Assembly (NCBI GenBank): GCA_963733095.1
Contig: CAVTBV010000014.1
Coordinates: 32,001-96,000 of the forward strand
Reading direction: 5' to 3'
DNA length: 64,000 nt
DNA from: Candidatus Bathyarchaeota archaeon
GTDB lineage: Archaea; Thermoproteota; Bathyarchaeia; Bathyarchaeales; Bathycorpusculaceae
Each line of letters begins with the position of its first letter. The first letter of the stretch is position 1. Below, in pieces: positions 39,249 to 49,922 of the stretch. The notes below the pieces were generated by a model. It did not search any database and was not told the DNA's origin. It saw nothing but the letters and a program-made list of their open reading frames with translations. Both the position numbers and the translations under genes were made by a program.

Positions 39249-40571
39249 ATGATTGTTGAAAATGCCCAGCCGCTGATAAGTTACGAATCATACTTATCAA
39301 AAAACATTCAAAATTTTGTCAGCCTAAGTGAGTGGACAGATTACCAATGGCAACTGAGCAACTCAATAAAAACGATAGAGGATTTTGAAAACTTCACAGG
39401 CATTAAATTCACCCGAAAAGAACGCACAGAACTTAAAAAAACCATCCGTAAATTTCCCCTCAGTATCACACCCTACTATGCTTCCCTAATAGGCATAGAA
39501 AACTATCAAAACGACCCTATATTCAAGCAGGCGTTTCCTAACCCTGCTGAACTTGAAATTTTAAAGTGCGACATGAAAGACCCTCTCCATGAAGATCAAG
39601 ACAGCCCAACAAAGGGTTTAACACATAGATACCCTGACAGAGTGCTCTTTTTAATTAGCAATCGTTGTGCCATGTACTGCAGGCATTGTACACGAAAAAG
39701 AAAAGTCGGAGACCCAGACCATATTCCCTCACGCCAACAAATAATCGAAGGTCTCCAATACATCAAAAACCACAGAGAAATCCGCGATGTGCTCCTCTCA
39801 GGTGGAGACGCCCTCATGCTGCCTAACGATTTTTTGGATTGGATTCTGACAGAGTTAAACAGTATTCCACACGTTGAAGTGGTGCGCATCGGTTCACGAA
39901 CACCAGTTGTGTTGCCCTACAGAATAACTGATGAATTGGTGGAAATGCTCAAAAAACACCACCCACTATGGCTTAATACTCATTTTAATCATCCAAGAGA
40001 ACTTACTCCTTCGGCTAGAGAAGCGCTCAGAAAACTGGCAGATGCCGGCATCCCCCTTGGAAATCAATCTGTCCTGCTTGCAGGCGTAAATGATTGTCCA
40101 CAAATCATGAAAAAACTAAACCAAAAACTTGTACGAAACAGAGTTCGTCCCTACTACCTGTTCCAATGCGATCTCTCAGAAGGCTTGAGCCACTTTAGGA
40201 CGTCGATTGGAAAAGGCATCGAAATTATAGAAAGCCTCCGAGGCCACACAAGCGGATTTGCAGTGCCCACCTTTGTAGTAGACGCTCCTGGTGGCGGAGG
40301 AAAAATTCCTATTCAGCCAAACTACGTTATTTCCTGGTCCACACACAAAACTGTAATGCGAAACTTTGAAGGCGTAATCACCACCTATACCGAACCAGAC
40401 AACTACAAACCTGTTAAATGCGGCAAAGACTGCAAAAACTGCATTCTGAAACTAAAACTAGATGATAACGAAAAAACCGCCGTTGGAATAGAAAAACTGC
40501 TAACCGATGCAAATGACGTGATTTCTCTTGTGCCCAAAGGCAATGCACGAATTGAGCGGAGAAAAAAATAG
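39249..40571 (+). CDS. ablA: Lysine 2,3-aminomutase
   Basis: [46 protein letters not shown] (PLP Lys), C-terminal Cys cluster. Confidence 0.93.
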   Translation: MIVENAQPLISYESYLSKNIQNFVSLSEWTDYQWQLSNSIKTIEDFENFTGIKFTRKERTELKKTIRKFPLSITPYYASLIGIENYQNDPIFKQAFPNPAELEILKCDMKDPLHEDQDSPTKGLTHRYPDRVLFLISNRCAMYCRHCTRKRKVGDPDHIPSRQQIIEGLQYIKNHREIRDVLLSGGDALMLPNDFLDWILTELNSIPHVEVVRIGSRTPVVLPYRITDELVEMLKKHHPLWLNTHFNHPRELTPSAREALRKLADAGIPLGNQSVLLAGVNDCPQIMKKLNQKLVRNRVRPYYLFQCDLSEGLSHFRTSIGKGIEIIESLRGHTSGFAVPTFVVDAPGGGGKIPIQPNYVISWSTHKTVMRNFEGVITTYTEPDNYKPVKCGKDCKNCILKLKLDDNEKTAVGIEKLLTDANDVISLVPKGNARIERRKK

Positions 40572-41110
40572 GTATTGAAGGCGCCTTAAAAATCAAAGCA
40601 GACTCTAAAAACCTAAAAATAAAACTCAGAAACGCGACTTTAAAGGACATAAAAGAAGTCTACAAACTTCTAGTTGCAAACAGACCATACGTAGGATTAA
40701 ACTCTAGATACACCTATTTTCTTTTGGCTAAGGATTTCTCAGAAACCTGTATAGTTGCTAAATACAACGGTAAAGTAGTTGCGTTCTCTTCTGGATACAT
40801 ACCACCCAATAGACCTGACACTTTTTTTAGTTGGGAAATCGTCGTTCACGAAGACTTTCGTGGAAAAGGTTTGCAATTGCGGATGCTTCTTCACCAAATA
40901 AAGATGACAAAAATAAAATTTTTTGAAGGCACAGTTAATCCCTCAAATAAAATTTCCAGGAACAATTTTGTCAAGTTGAGCCAAGCGTTGAATTCGAAAT
41001 TTGAGGAAAGCGTCTTGTTTAGTGAGGAGGATTTTGAAAATGATGGGCACGAAGCTGAGGTCTTATTTAGGATTGGTCCGATCGAGAACGTAAAAGACCA
41101 ACTTGATTAA
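40568..41110 (+). CDS. EctA-like (diaminobutyrate acetyltransferase-type) GNAT; start non-canonical or fused to upstream gene
   Basis: Frame open from 40556; [53 protein letters not shown] match EctA motifs; similarity extends upstream of the first TTG (40724). Confidence 0.8.
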   Translation: MGIEGALKIKADSKNLKIKLRNATLKDIKEVYKLLVANRPYVGLNSRYTYFLLAKDFSETCIVAKYNGKVVAFSSGYIPPNRPDTFFSWEIVVHEDFRGKGLQLRMLLHQIKMTKIKFFEGTVNPSNKISRNNFVKLSQALNSKFEESVLFSEEDFENDGHEAEVLFRIGPIENVKDQLD

Positions 41111-41246
41111 TGAGCTTAGTCGGTGAATTGGAACAATTTTCTATTTTATCCGTATCTTCCGTCGCTTACTCTCTGGATTGTAGAATAATTTAAAAACCTA
41201 GATGCGAATAGTCAATTGAATTTATGCTCCTGATTGAGGATTAATT

Positions 41247-42356
41247 GTGGACGTCAGCATCTTCATCCCTGTTTACAAAGAATCCACTCAACTAGCTGGC
41301 ATGCTGAAAGAACTTAACTCGCAGAACGTCTTGAAAGAAATTTTTGTTACAGTGGACGAGCCAACAGAGGAATTTTCCGAAGAAATAAAACATATTCCTA
41401 AAGCGAACGTTCAATTCATCGTTAACAAAGAACGCATCGGAAAAGCTAACGTATGTAACAACACCGTCAAACTCTCCACAGGCAAAGTGTTGCTTTTCCT
41501 CGACTCAGACGTTGCGCTCCCAAACGACCCAGAATACCTCAGAAAAATCATCATGGAAATGCAACATACCGATATACTCGACATAAAAAAAATAGTCACC
41601 AAAGGCAAATCTTTCCTATCAAAGATGGCGTATTACGAATACTTAACTTTCAATGCTAGTTCTTGGATATCTTCAAGGTACCTGCATAAGTGCCCTGCAG
41701 TAAATGGTGCTGCCTTCGCGATTAAAAGGGAAATGTTCGAGAAAGTCAACGGTTTTCGAAAAGTTGTCGCCGAAGACATAGACCTTGCTACCCGCGCTTT
41801 CTTGGCCGATAGCAGTTTCGCCTATACAACGGACGTTGAAGTAAAAAACGAAGTTCATGCGGATTGGCACAAATGGCTTACGCAGCGCAGGCGATGGTCC
41901 ATTGGACAAGCCTTGTGGCTAAAAGACTGGTATAAACAGTTAGGTAAACGCTTCGTCAAAAAGCCCCAGGTTTTCTTACCCAGCCTTTTCTTCCTCTACC
42001 CTTCAGTGGTAGTCTTCGTTTTAAGTGCTGTAGTCCCCAGCTTGTGGATGTACAATTCACTGTTGGTTGTTTCGCTGTTTTTGTCAGTGAAATTCAACAT
42101 TGCCCTGCCGCTTTTACTTATGTCGTTGGGAACTGCAGACGTGATTAAGGTTATGCTCATTTCCATTTCCGGTTTCGCGTTTACCGCCGCGGTTTTCTAT
42201 GGTTTTGCAAGAAAACTCGGGTTTAAACAAGTAAAACTCCATGAATTATTCGTCTACTACTTCTTCTACTCCACCATCTGGATGGTACTGATAATCATTG
42301 GCCACATCCAAGTTTTTGCTTTAGGCAAAAAAGCTGGACCAGGCTGGAAAACTTAA
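41247..42356 (+). CDS. GT2 membrane glycosyltransferase (processive-type motifs)
   Basis: IFIPVYKE, GKA, DSD, AED, QRRRW; C-terminal TM helices. Confidence 0.88.
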   Translation: MDVSIFIPVYKESTQLAGMLKELNSQNVLKEIFVTVDEPTEEFSEEIKHIPKANVQFIVNKERIGKANVCNNTVKLSTGKVLLFLDSDVALPNDPEYLRKIIMEMQHTDILDIKKIVTKGKSFLSKMAYYEYLTFNASSWISSRYLHKCPAVNGAAFAIKREMFEKVNGFRKVVAEDIDLATRAFLADSSFAYTTDVEVKNEVHADWHKWLTQRRRWSIGQALWLKDWYKQLGKRFVKKPQVFLPSLFFLYPSVVVFVLSAVVPSLWMYNSLLVVSLFLSVKFNIALPLLLMSLGTADVIKVMLISISGFAFTAAVFYGFARKLGFKQVKLHELFVYYFFYSTIWMVLIIIGHIQVFALGKKAGPGWKT

Positions 42357-42603
42357 ATCTGTTCTTTTGGGTCTTATATTAAATCTAGGTAGTTGTGGCT
42401 GGATAACTCCTATAGCATAACAACAATCAACAGGTCGTTTCACATATTGCGTTTTGTTGTCTGCGTTAGGTATGGGTTGAAGGCCTGTTACGCAAGCAAC
42501 CATAAGTAGACAGAATAAAAAGTTCATGATTAAGCAGATACCTTTTGCCATTAGCGATAGGTAAAATTATATGTAAAGGTGTTTTCATTACAGTGCTCTA
42601 TGT

Positions 42604-42705
42604 GGGTCCGTGACGCAGTACGGATAGCGTGTCAGCCTTCTAACGCCCCGTTAAGGGTGTGAAGACAGCTGAAAGTCATGGGTTCAAATCCCATCGGACC
42701 CGCCA
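42604..42705 (+). tRNA. tRNA-Arg(TCT) with 24-nt intron at 37/38 (42643..42666), encoded CCA
   Basis: Acceptor GGGTCCG/CGGACCC, D stem ACGC/GCGT, anticodon stem TCAGC/GCTGA, T loop GTTCAAATC; BHB-like CTTC/GAAG helix with TAA and ACA bulges. Confidence 0.93.
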
Positions 42706-42910
42706 TAAAAATTAGGCGAATTGTTGATTTAGCTAAAGCGCACTGTTTGATCGTTTAAGAGGAAACTCTATTAACCGATGTGCAGCGTTTTAACTGCTTT
42801 CTAAAATCTTTTCATTCACAATCAATTGGTTCGAATAATGAGAGTTAATTATCAGAATTTACTGTTTACATATTACAATCCGAATTGATGTTAAGTGGGC
42901 TTTTATTTAA

Positions 42911-43690
42911 TTAAAATAATGCCTCACTCATAATACGTTTAAGGATAACTGCCCCGTGCCGCATTTTCAATTTTTTCTCCCCGAGTCTCTGCCGATACTG
43001 AATTGGAACTTCAACAGACTTGTAACCTTTCTTCTCAATTAGGCTATTTAGTTCCACTTCTATGTCGAAGCTCTTTGACTTTACCTTCCAATCTATTAGA
43101 ATTTCTCCTCTAATAACACGTAAACCTGTAAGAGGATCGCTTAAATTTACGCTATTGAGCATCCTATGAGCGAACGCGAGAAGTTTGTTTCCCAAATAGA
43201 ATCGACTTCGAAGCGCCTCGGAGTCTACCTGACCATTGAATCGGTTTCCACAAACCATGCCAACCTCTGGGTCCTTCTCCAAAACTTCAATCATTTCTCG
43301 AACGTACTTAGCAGGATAAGTAAAGTCAGCATCCGTGAGTATAATGTAGTCTGTTTTGTTATCGGTTTGTTTTAGCGCCTTGGCGATAGCATCTCCTTTT
43401 CCGAGCCCATCCTGAAAGACCACATCCGCCCCAAGATTCTTCGCAACTTCTACTGTTCTGTCGGAACTGTGACCATCCACTACCAAGATGTGGGAAGTGA
43501 AAAGCGCTTCTTTAAGCTCCGCTATTGTAAGTCCAATGCCTTCCTCTTCATTCAAAGCCGCAATCACCGCTATAGAGTGCGGATAGTTTTCCTGTTTTTC
43601 GACATGGGTCTCCATAATTGACAAATCACAAAGTTCTTTAAACAAATTTTTCCTTTCCTGATTATTCTTTAGGCATGATGACTCAACCAT
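42911..43690 (-). CDS. GT2 glycosyltransferase (polyprenol-phosphate glycosyltransferase-like)
   Basis: ALNEEEGI, VVDGHSSDRT, GKGDA, DADFTY, FDIEVEL. Confidence 0.9.
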   Translation of the reverse strand: MVESSCLKNNQERKNLFKELCDLSIMETHVEKQENYPHSIAVIAALNEEEGIGLTIAELKEALFTSHILVVDGHSSDRTVEVAKNLGADVVFQDGLGKGDAIAKALKQTDNKTDYIILTDADFTYPAKYVREMIEVLEKDPEVGMVCGNRFNGQVDSEALRSRFYLGNKLLAFAHRMLNSVNLSDPLTGLRVIRGEILIDWKVKSKSFDIEVELNSLIEKKGYKSVEVPIQYRQRLGEKKLKMRHGAVILKRIMSEALF

Positions 43691-43920
43691 AATGTGCCGG
43701 TTGATTCGTGAACCCTCAAGATAGAACGGTTCACGCGCCTAACAAGCTATTTTATAACATGTAACCGCTTGTTTTAAGCATATGTGACTGTTAGATGGCA
43801 CCTACAATGCACAATATGCATTTGTCATCTGTTTCTTTCAAGTTATTTTAGGTTTATTGTTGCACTCATACAACTACAAATATCTATATCGCACAGCTGA
43901 AACAAACAAGATTTGAAGCA

Positions 43921-44142
43921 CTATACGGCTTCAATTCCTATCGAACTAATAATCTCAAATGAAGGTTTCGAACTCTGCTGTACTCTGACCAGAACCTGAA
44001 AGCGGTTTTCAAATGCAGAAACTAAGTCATCTAAAAGTATTTCTCTATACTCACAAGAGAGCGTCTGGAGTTCATCATTGAAAACAGCAGATAGTTTGTC
44101 TTGTAGTCTCTTTCTGGTTTTTAAGTTCAATTTTGATTTCAT
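43921..44142 (-). CDS. Small hypothetical protein
   Basis: ILLDDLVSAFENRF helical ORF; no family recognised. Confidence 0.5.
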   Translation of the reverse strand: MKSKLNLKTRKRLQDKLSAVFNDELQTLSCEYREILLDDLVSAFENRFQVLVRVQQSSKPSFEIISSIGIEAV

Positions 44143-44367
44143 AATTACATTTCCCAAGTAAGATTCGATTGGTATCTCTGCCTTTAAATGGTTATGAAAA
44201 TAAAATACTTACTTGAAATCACTAAATATGTATGATTCAAGCGGAACGCAGACAGATGTTTATTATTGGGTCGTTTAGCGCGGTTAACTACCCCCAAACA
44301 GAGAGCTTTCTTTCAATCCATCAATCTTTGTGTTGAGTTAACTTAATCGTATCCACCATACTCTGTT

Positions 44368-44799
44368 TTATGCAATCGGTCCGGTTGGGTAGCGTCCCAA
44401 TGCGTCGAGGATTTCTTCGATGGTTGTCTTTTTGCCTACGTTTCGGACAAAATCTGAGGAGACAACGATTCCAACCAGCTTGTTCTCCTTCAAAACGGGA
44501 AGTCTTCTTATCTTGTTGGTTGACATTACTCTTGCTGCTTCTTTGAGTGAGGTGTCAGGGTCAACTGTTATGAGCGTTTTCGTCATTACCTCCCCCAAGT
44601 TTAGGTCTATTGAACTACGTTTGGCTACTATTCTTCGAACTATATCTCGTTCAGTGATTATTCCAACGGGTAGCGACTTGTCTACGACAATTAAGCATCC
44701 TAATCCTTTTGACGTCATGATTTGGGCTGCATCAAAGATGCTTTTTTCCACTTCGATTGTTACAACATCTTTAGTCATTATGTCCTTAACAGCTGGCAT
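44368..44799 (-). CDS. CBS-domain pair protein
   Basis: VKDIMTK, VGIITERD, IRRLPV, LVGIV. Confidence 0.93.
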   Translation of the reverse strand: MPAVKDIMTKDVVTIEVEKSIFDAAQIMTSKGLGCLIVVDKSLPVGIITERDIVRRIVAKRSSIDLNLGEVMTKTLITVDPDTSLKEAARVMSTNKIRRLPVLKENKLVGIVVSSDFVRNVGKKTTIEEILDALGRYPTGPIA

Positions 44800-45111
44800 A
44801 AAACATCAAGATAACCAAAACTTTTGGAGATAAAAGCGTTGTGACGATAATGGGTCTCAATTTGTTTTGATCTGCCCCTTTAGGTTGCTGATAAGACAGT
44901 TCACATCCACACAAAGTCAAAACGCCAAAGAGCGTCCCCGCGGCACACCAAGCCACTTCCACACTTCTATCTGCCCAGTATCTAACCGTCTATTGCGCCT
45001 TCCGCGTAATAGTCCACCGAGGCATTCTTTTTTTAAAAATCCCTTATTAGTTAGGGTTAGGTTTTATCCGATTCGCACGCTGTATGGTGTTTGATACGGT
45101 GTGTTTGTTTA

Positions 45112-45570
45112 ATGGTTAAGGCATTTGTTTTTTACGATTCAAAGTATGGCAATACGAAGCTTTGTGCGGAAAAGGTTGCGGAGGGGCTTCGTAGTGGGGG
45201 TGTGGAGGTTGATTTGGGCTATGTTAAAGAAGTTAGTCCCGAGCACGCGTTGGATTATGATGTATTGGTTTTGGGTGCACCAAACCACATGGGGCGACCC
45301 AGCCAGACTATGAAAAAGTTCGTTAACCAGCTTTCTGCGCTTGGGTTGAAGGGCAAGAAGGTGGCGGTTTTGGGTACTTACTCGGGGAAAGTGCGGTTGC
45401 TTGATAGGGCGGTTAGGAAAATGGGGTGGATGGTGCAGGAGAAATTGCCCGGCTTGATTTTGGTTTCGCCGTCGTTGTCGGTTCGGATTAATGGGGTGTC
45501 GGGTCCTGTGGTGGAGGGAGAGTTGCCTAAATGCATCGATTTCGGCAAAGCCATCGTTGCTAAACTTTAA
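45112..45570 (+). CDS. Flavodoxin-like protein
   Basis: YDSKYGNT, LVLGAPNHMG, LKGKKVAVLGTY. Confidence 0.88.
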   Translation: MVKAFVFYDSKYGNTKLCAEKVAEGLRSGGVEVDLGYVKEVSPEHALDYDVLVLGAPNHMGRPSQTMKKFVNQLSALGLKGKKVAVLGTYSGKVRLLDRAVRKMGWMVQEKLPGLILVSPSLSVRINGVSGPVVEGELPKCIDFGKAIVAKL

Positions 45571-46068
45571 TTTTATGTCCCTTTTTTTTGAAAGGTGTTG
45601 CGCTTTGGTTTCTTTAATAGTCTGGATTGTTTGCTTGCAGCATTGACCTTCTATTATGTAGGGAGATGTTGTATGTGTTCTATACAGTTTATTTGTGCAA
45701 CTCTTAATTCGAAGGCGCATCTTCTAATGTTTTGCCGATATGGCCGCCACTTCACTACTGGTTCATTGCCTTGGTGGATCAACGCTGATGGTGTGAGCCA
45801 CCCTAAACTTGCCATGGAAACCAAACCCACTGCTTACATAATCAACGTATGGTCCATCAAAGTCCAATAGAATTATAATAATTCTTTTCAGTAATTTTGG
45901 GCACAGTTAATTTTGAAAGCTTAGATTTTTTTTAGGTAAGCTTAAAAATGTCTCAATTACAGGATGCGATGTGCTGTTTAGACGCAGCTTTAAGAGTTCA
46001 AAGATTTCCATGTCGACTTGGCAGGTTTCGGCGAATAGTTTTGTTTTCCTGCAAAAATTAAGAAGCAG

Positions 46069-46572
46069 TTACTCAGCTATTGTTTTGATATAATCCCAGA
46101 CTTTATCGCTGACGTAATGCAGAGTTTTAACTACTGGTCCTTTCTTGGTTTGTTTGGCTGTTTCTGCATCGAGTAGGCTCTCGCCTAGCGCTAGCGCTTT
46201 GGCATGCTTCATATCCACGACGAGAACAAGGTCACCTTTAACGAATTCGCCTTCAATGCGTACGATGCCTGGAGCCATAACGGTTGCGCCCTTGCACACA
46301 TAGGGGATAGCACCCATGTCAACCACGACTTTTGGAGCTTTAGCTGCGAACTCACTAAAAAGCAGTGTGGGCAAAATAGAATCGCCTGACTTGAAAAGAA
46401 TGGGCTTTGTGTCGACGAGGTAAATCTCGCCTATATCCGACTCCACGACTTCTACGTTAGCTTTGGCACCGAAAAGTGCGTCCAGGTCGAGGCTTAATTT
46501 TTTTGAGGCTTCTTCTATGATTTGCTTAGCTTCTTTCGCTTTCAGGGGGTACCTGCGTTGTTTTGTTGGCAT
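46069..46572 (-). CDS. PUA-domain RNA-binding protein (MCTS1/Tma20-like)
   Basis: LPTL, VVVDMGAIPYVCKGATVMAPGI, LHYVSD. Confidence 0.9.
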   Translation of the reverse strand: MPTKQRRYPLKAKEAKQIIEEASKKLSLDLDALFGAKANVEVVESDIGEIYLVDTKPILFKSGDSILPTLLFSEFAAKAPKVVVDMGAIPYVCKGATVMAPGIVRIEGEFVKGDLVLVVDMKHAKALALGESLLDAETAKQTKKGPVVKTLHYVSDKVWDYIKTIAE

Positions 46573-46584
46573 CTGTAACCTTCT

Positions 46585-47217
46585 CTATTGCGTTCCTGGT
46601 GAGTTATTTAGTTTTTCTTTGATGTTCTCAGTTTTTTTGGTCCTTTTTCTTTTCATGTATTTTTCTGATAGTTTGCCAAAATCGACCTTGAACAGAATTA
46701 TTGTTATGACGATGGTTAGGACTATCGAAATTACTATCATGGCTTCGGGGCTCAACCATGTTGAGAAGTAGTTTTCAGCTTTATTTCCGATAAAAGCCCC
46801 TGCTACCGTGATTGAAAGTTTGCCCAGAAAATAAGCTGAGAAAAACTTTGTTGGGCTGTACTTCATGAGTCCAAGCGGGATGACTACAGGTTCATCGGGA
46901 ATTGGGGTTGCAGCGGCTAGGAACAGCAGTGGGAACGCCCAGCGCCTAACTTTTATAGCGTCTGCATCAAGGTGTGCTCTTCTCTTTTCGCTGAGGCGTT
47001 TGCTGACAAAGAAAGTGACCATGTAGTAGATGCCTTTGGCTACGGATGCGGCTAAAGCGATTACAAAACCGATGAGGATTAGGGTTGTGATGTCTGCGTT
47101 TGTTATGCCGATGGCAGCTGTGGAGGCGATTAGCAGGTTTGAGGGGCCAGCGAACGGGATTAAGTTGAAGCCGAAGGCAGTAAGAAAGAGGATTATGAAA
47201 TCAATTATCAAAGTCAT
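46585..47217 (-). CDS. DedA/VTT-like membrane protein
   Basis: NLIPFAGP, AATPIPDEPVVIPLGLMKY, FLGK. Confidence 0.78.
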   Translation of the reverse strand: MTLIIDFIILFLTAFGFNLIPFAGPSNLLIASTAAIGITNADITTLILIGFVIALAASVAKGIYYMVTFFVSKRLSEKRRAHLDADAIKVRRWAFPLLFLAAATPIPDEPVVIPLGLMKYSPTKFFSAYFLGKLSITVAGAFIGNKAENYFSTWLSPEAMIVISIVLTIVITIILFKVDFGKLSEKYMKRKRTKKTENIKEKLNNSPGTQ

Positions 47218-47422
47218 TCTTGCTGCCTCCTATTGCGAAAAATTAGGTGTATTCCTGCTTATAAGTGCAAGTCTGCAAACTGCTAAAATTAGAAGGTGTT
47301 GGAGAAAGGATGCTTTAGCGTTCTTGTTTGGGTAGGTGATGTGGGTCCTGATGTGTTTTTGGTCAACAAACTTTTTTAGTAAGTATGACGATACAATACA
47401 CTAATAGGCTCGCAAGCTGGTA

Positions 47423-49630
47423 ATGAAGAAGATGAAAAAACAACTCATCACAATAATAATAATCCTAACCATATTATGCTCACTAACCTCAGTCAAGGAA
47501 GCCTACTCCGATACCGTTGCACCTGCAAAACTCAAAATATACGTCGGTCCAACAAGCGTATTGGCTGACAACAGTTCGTACAATTGCATCTTTGTGCAAC
47601 TGCAAGATTCCAGCAACAAACCAACCCGAGCAGCAGAGGACACCGCTATAAGTCTCTCATCTTCTCAAACAAACATCGGAACAGTTGATTCGTCAATTAC
47701 AATCCTTAAAGGGCAATCATATGCTTCGGCAAACTTTTATGCAACTTTCAGCCCAGGAATTTCGGTAATTGCGGCTGCTGCAACGGGATTTGCAACCGTA
47801 ACAGCCCAAATAACTACTATCGGACCAGTTCCCAACACCGTTGCAGTATACGGCTTTCCATCCACACTTCCCGCGGATGGAAACCAATACTCCGCCATAA
47901 TGGTCCAATTACAAGATTCAAGCGGCACTCCAGCAAAAGCTCCCAAAGACGGAGTACCAGTCACACTCTCCTGCTCTGACACCCTCAACGTAGGTACCGT
48001 CAGCCCAACCGTCGTAATTCCAGAAGGTGAAACTTATGCCATAGCCAACTTTACTACAACTCAGGAAGCTCAGACACAAGGAAAAATATTGTCAGCAACA
48101 GTCACCGCAATATCACAAGGATATGCATCTAAAACGGTTACAATAATCACAACTCCGATAACTCCAAACCCGACTCAACTTAAAATTTATGCAGGACCTA
48201 CCCAAGTTCTAGCTGACCAAGGTTCCTACAAACAAATTGTGGTAGAATTACAAAATGCGACAGGGTTCGTGGGAAAAGTCCTCTCAGATGTGGAAGTAAC
48301 AGTCGCATCATCCGACCAAACTATCGGAGCAGTCGACCAACAATTAACTATCCCTCAAGGTGAAGGTTATGCAGTCGCAACCCTCACTACAACATACAAA
48401 GCTGGATCCACAACATTAACTGCAGTTGCCACAGACCTTCTGAGAAGTCAACTATCCATTGCGACAGTCGGATTTACCCCTTCAAAATTGGCAGTTTACT
48501 GCGTCCCGTCAATGCTCCCCTCAGACTCAACGACATACCCAGCTATCCAAGTGCAACTTCAAGACTCTCAAGGACGACCAGCAAAAGACCCGCAATCAGA
48601 CGTTACAATAAGCTTATTCTCTTCGCAACCAACCGTCGGAACAGTCAGTTCAACATTAACCATACCCTTCGGCAACACACAAGCAACCGGAACCATCAGC
48701 GTTACTAACGCTCCTGGCACAAACACAATAACTGCCCAAGCTTCAAGCTACACCACAGGTCAAGCAACAATAACCACCTACCTTATCGACTTATCACCTA
48801 CCCAAATAACACTGACAGCCGATCCAGAAGCAGTCAACAACAGCGGCAAATCACAAATAACAGCCTACATAACTGCAGACGGTACACCTGTCACAGGAGC
48901 TACAACTAAATTTACTTCAAACAATGGCGGCAAGTTAACCACAGTTATCGACCAGGGAAATGGCTATTACATAACAAACTATACTGCGCCAAGCTTCACA
49001 AAAGCCACAGTTTGCACGATAACAGCAAGTGTCTCAAAAACCGGATATGTGAATTCTCTATCGACAGTTGACGTAACGGTAGCGCCGCCTCCGGCTCCAA
49101 CCGCAACACCAAGTCCAACTGCAACGCCACTGTCAAATTCTTCCCAGACCTCAAACTCAACTTCAACCACTAACAGCACAGGAACATTAAAATTACTAAT
49201 AACAGATGGGGACGGCAACCCCTTATACAATGCCAGCATCTCGTCAACCGTGCAACCAGCCGGCATGGAACCGCTCATCGGTGTCACAAACGAAACAGGG
49301 TATGCTATATTCAACAATGCCCCTCAGGGCTCATACACATTTAGCATAGTTAAAGAAGGCCTGGATCAAGTCAACAAATCAATCAACTTCAAAGGTCAAG
49401 CAGTGACATACATAGCGGTATCGAGCGGAACTGCTCCCTCAACCGACAACAGTCTAATGATAGCAGCTGTTATTATCATAGTGGTTGTCGTCTTAGTAAT
49501 CTTCGGTGTTTTAGTGATTAAGCGCAGAAGAAAAAGTAGACCTAAAATATTTGAGCCCCCCCGCAAAATTCCAAACCCTGCCTCGCAGCTCCCGCAAATG
49601 GAAATGGTGGCAAACTCCCTGCCATTTTAA
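47423..49630 (+). CDS. Cell-surface protein with repeated Ig-like domains, P/T/S linker and C-terminal TM anchor
   Basis: Signal peptide; four repeats of P..L..D..Y..I.VxLQ...LSSS...GTV; hydrophobic helix followed by KRRRK. Confidence 0.85.
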   Translation: MKKMKKQLITIIIILTILCSLTSVKEAYSDTVAPAKLKIYVGPTSVLADNSSYNCIFVQLQDSSNKPTRAAEDTAISLSSSQTNIGTVDSSITILKGQSYASANFYATFSPGISVIAAAATGFATVTAQITTIGPVPNTVAVYGFPSTLPADGNQYSAIMVQLQDSSGTPAKAPKDGVPVTLSCSDTLNVGTVSPTVVIPEGETYAIANFTTTQEAQTQGKILSATVTAISQGYASKTVTIITTPITPNPTQLKIYAGPTQVLADQGSYKQIVVELQNATGFVGKVLSDVEVTVASSDQTIGAVDQQLTIPQGEGYAVATLTTTYKAGSTTLTAVATDLLRSQLSIATVGFTPSKLAVYCVPSMLPSDSTTYPAIQVQLQDSQGRPAKDPQSDVTISLFSSQPTVGTVSSTLTIPFGNTQATGTISVTNAPGTNTITAQASSYTTGQATITTYLIDLSPTQITLTADPEAVNNSGKSQITAYITADGTPVTGATTKFTSNNGGKLTTVIDQGNGYYITNYTAPSFTKATVCTITASVSKTGYVNSLSTVDVTVAPPPAPTATPSPTATPLSNSSQTSNSTSTTNSTGTLKLLITDGDGNPLYNASISSTVQPAGMEPLIGVTNETGYAIFNNAPQGSYTFSIVKEGLDQVNKSINFKGQAVTYIAVSSGTAPSTDNSLMIAAVIIIVVVVLVIFGVLVIKRRRKSRPKIFEPPRKIPNPASQLPQMEMVANSLPF

Positions 49631-49818
49631 GTCCCCTTTAAACACTGCAGATTTTTCTTGAAAAGGAGTCTGCAGAGTTTTTGTTTTTTGAACTCTGTTA
49701 GTTAGGTTTAATGTTGATTTGTTTTCCAAGTTTTTCTTGGTTTAACACTAACTCAATTGAAAGATATGCAGAGAGTAAGTCGTAAACGAATAGAGCCCAT
49801 GAAAACTCGGAATTGAAG

Positions 49819-49922
49819 GGGTAGCAGAACCACGTAACCCGAGAGAAGGAGAAGAGGGGAAAATGCAAAACCCCGGTGAATGTTGGGTGGGTTAAGTGGT
49901 TCTGAGGGGGTGGTTTCTACCC
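49819..49922 (-). ncRNA. Candidate structured small RNA with apical TTTTGCATTTT loop
   Basis: GGGTAG/CTACCC, CAGAACCAC/GTGGTTCTG, TAACCC/GGGTTA, GGGG/CCCC nested stems; strand chosen by loop identity with the 16.5-kb element. Confidence 0.5.

Noticed and set aside
44840-45030. Relatively GC-rich spacer between the CBS and flavodoxin genes
   Set aside because: No convincing ORF, hairpin or repeat found by eye
45139-45720. 193-aa minus-strand ORF
   Set aside because: Antisense to flavodoxin; open frame likely a by-product of strong G/T skew
47423-49630. Internal repeats as a diversity-generating or repeat-array system
   Set aside because: Repeats are diverged Ig-like protein domains; no reverse transcriptase or near-identical template repeat seen
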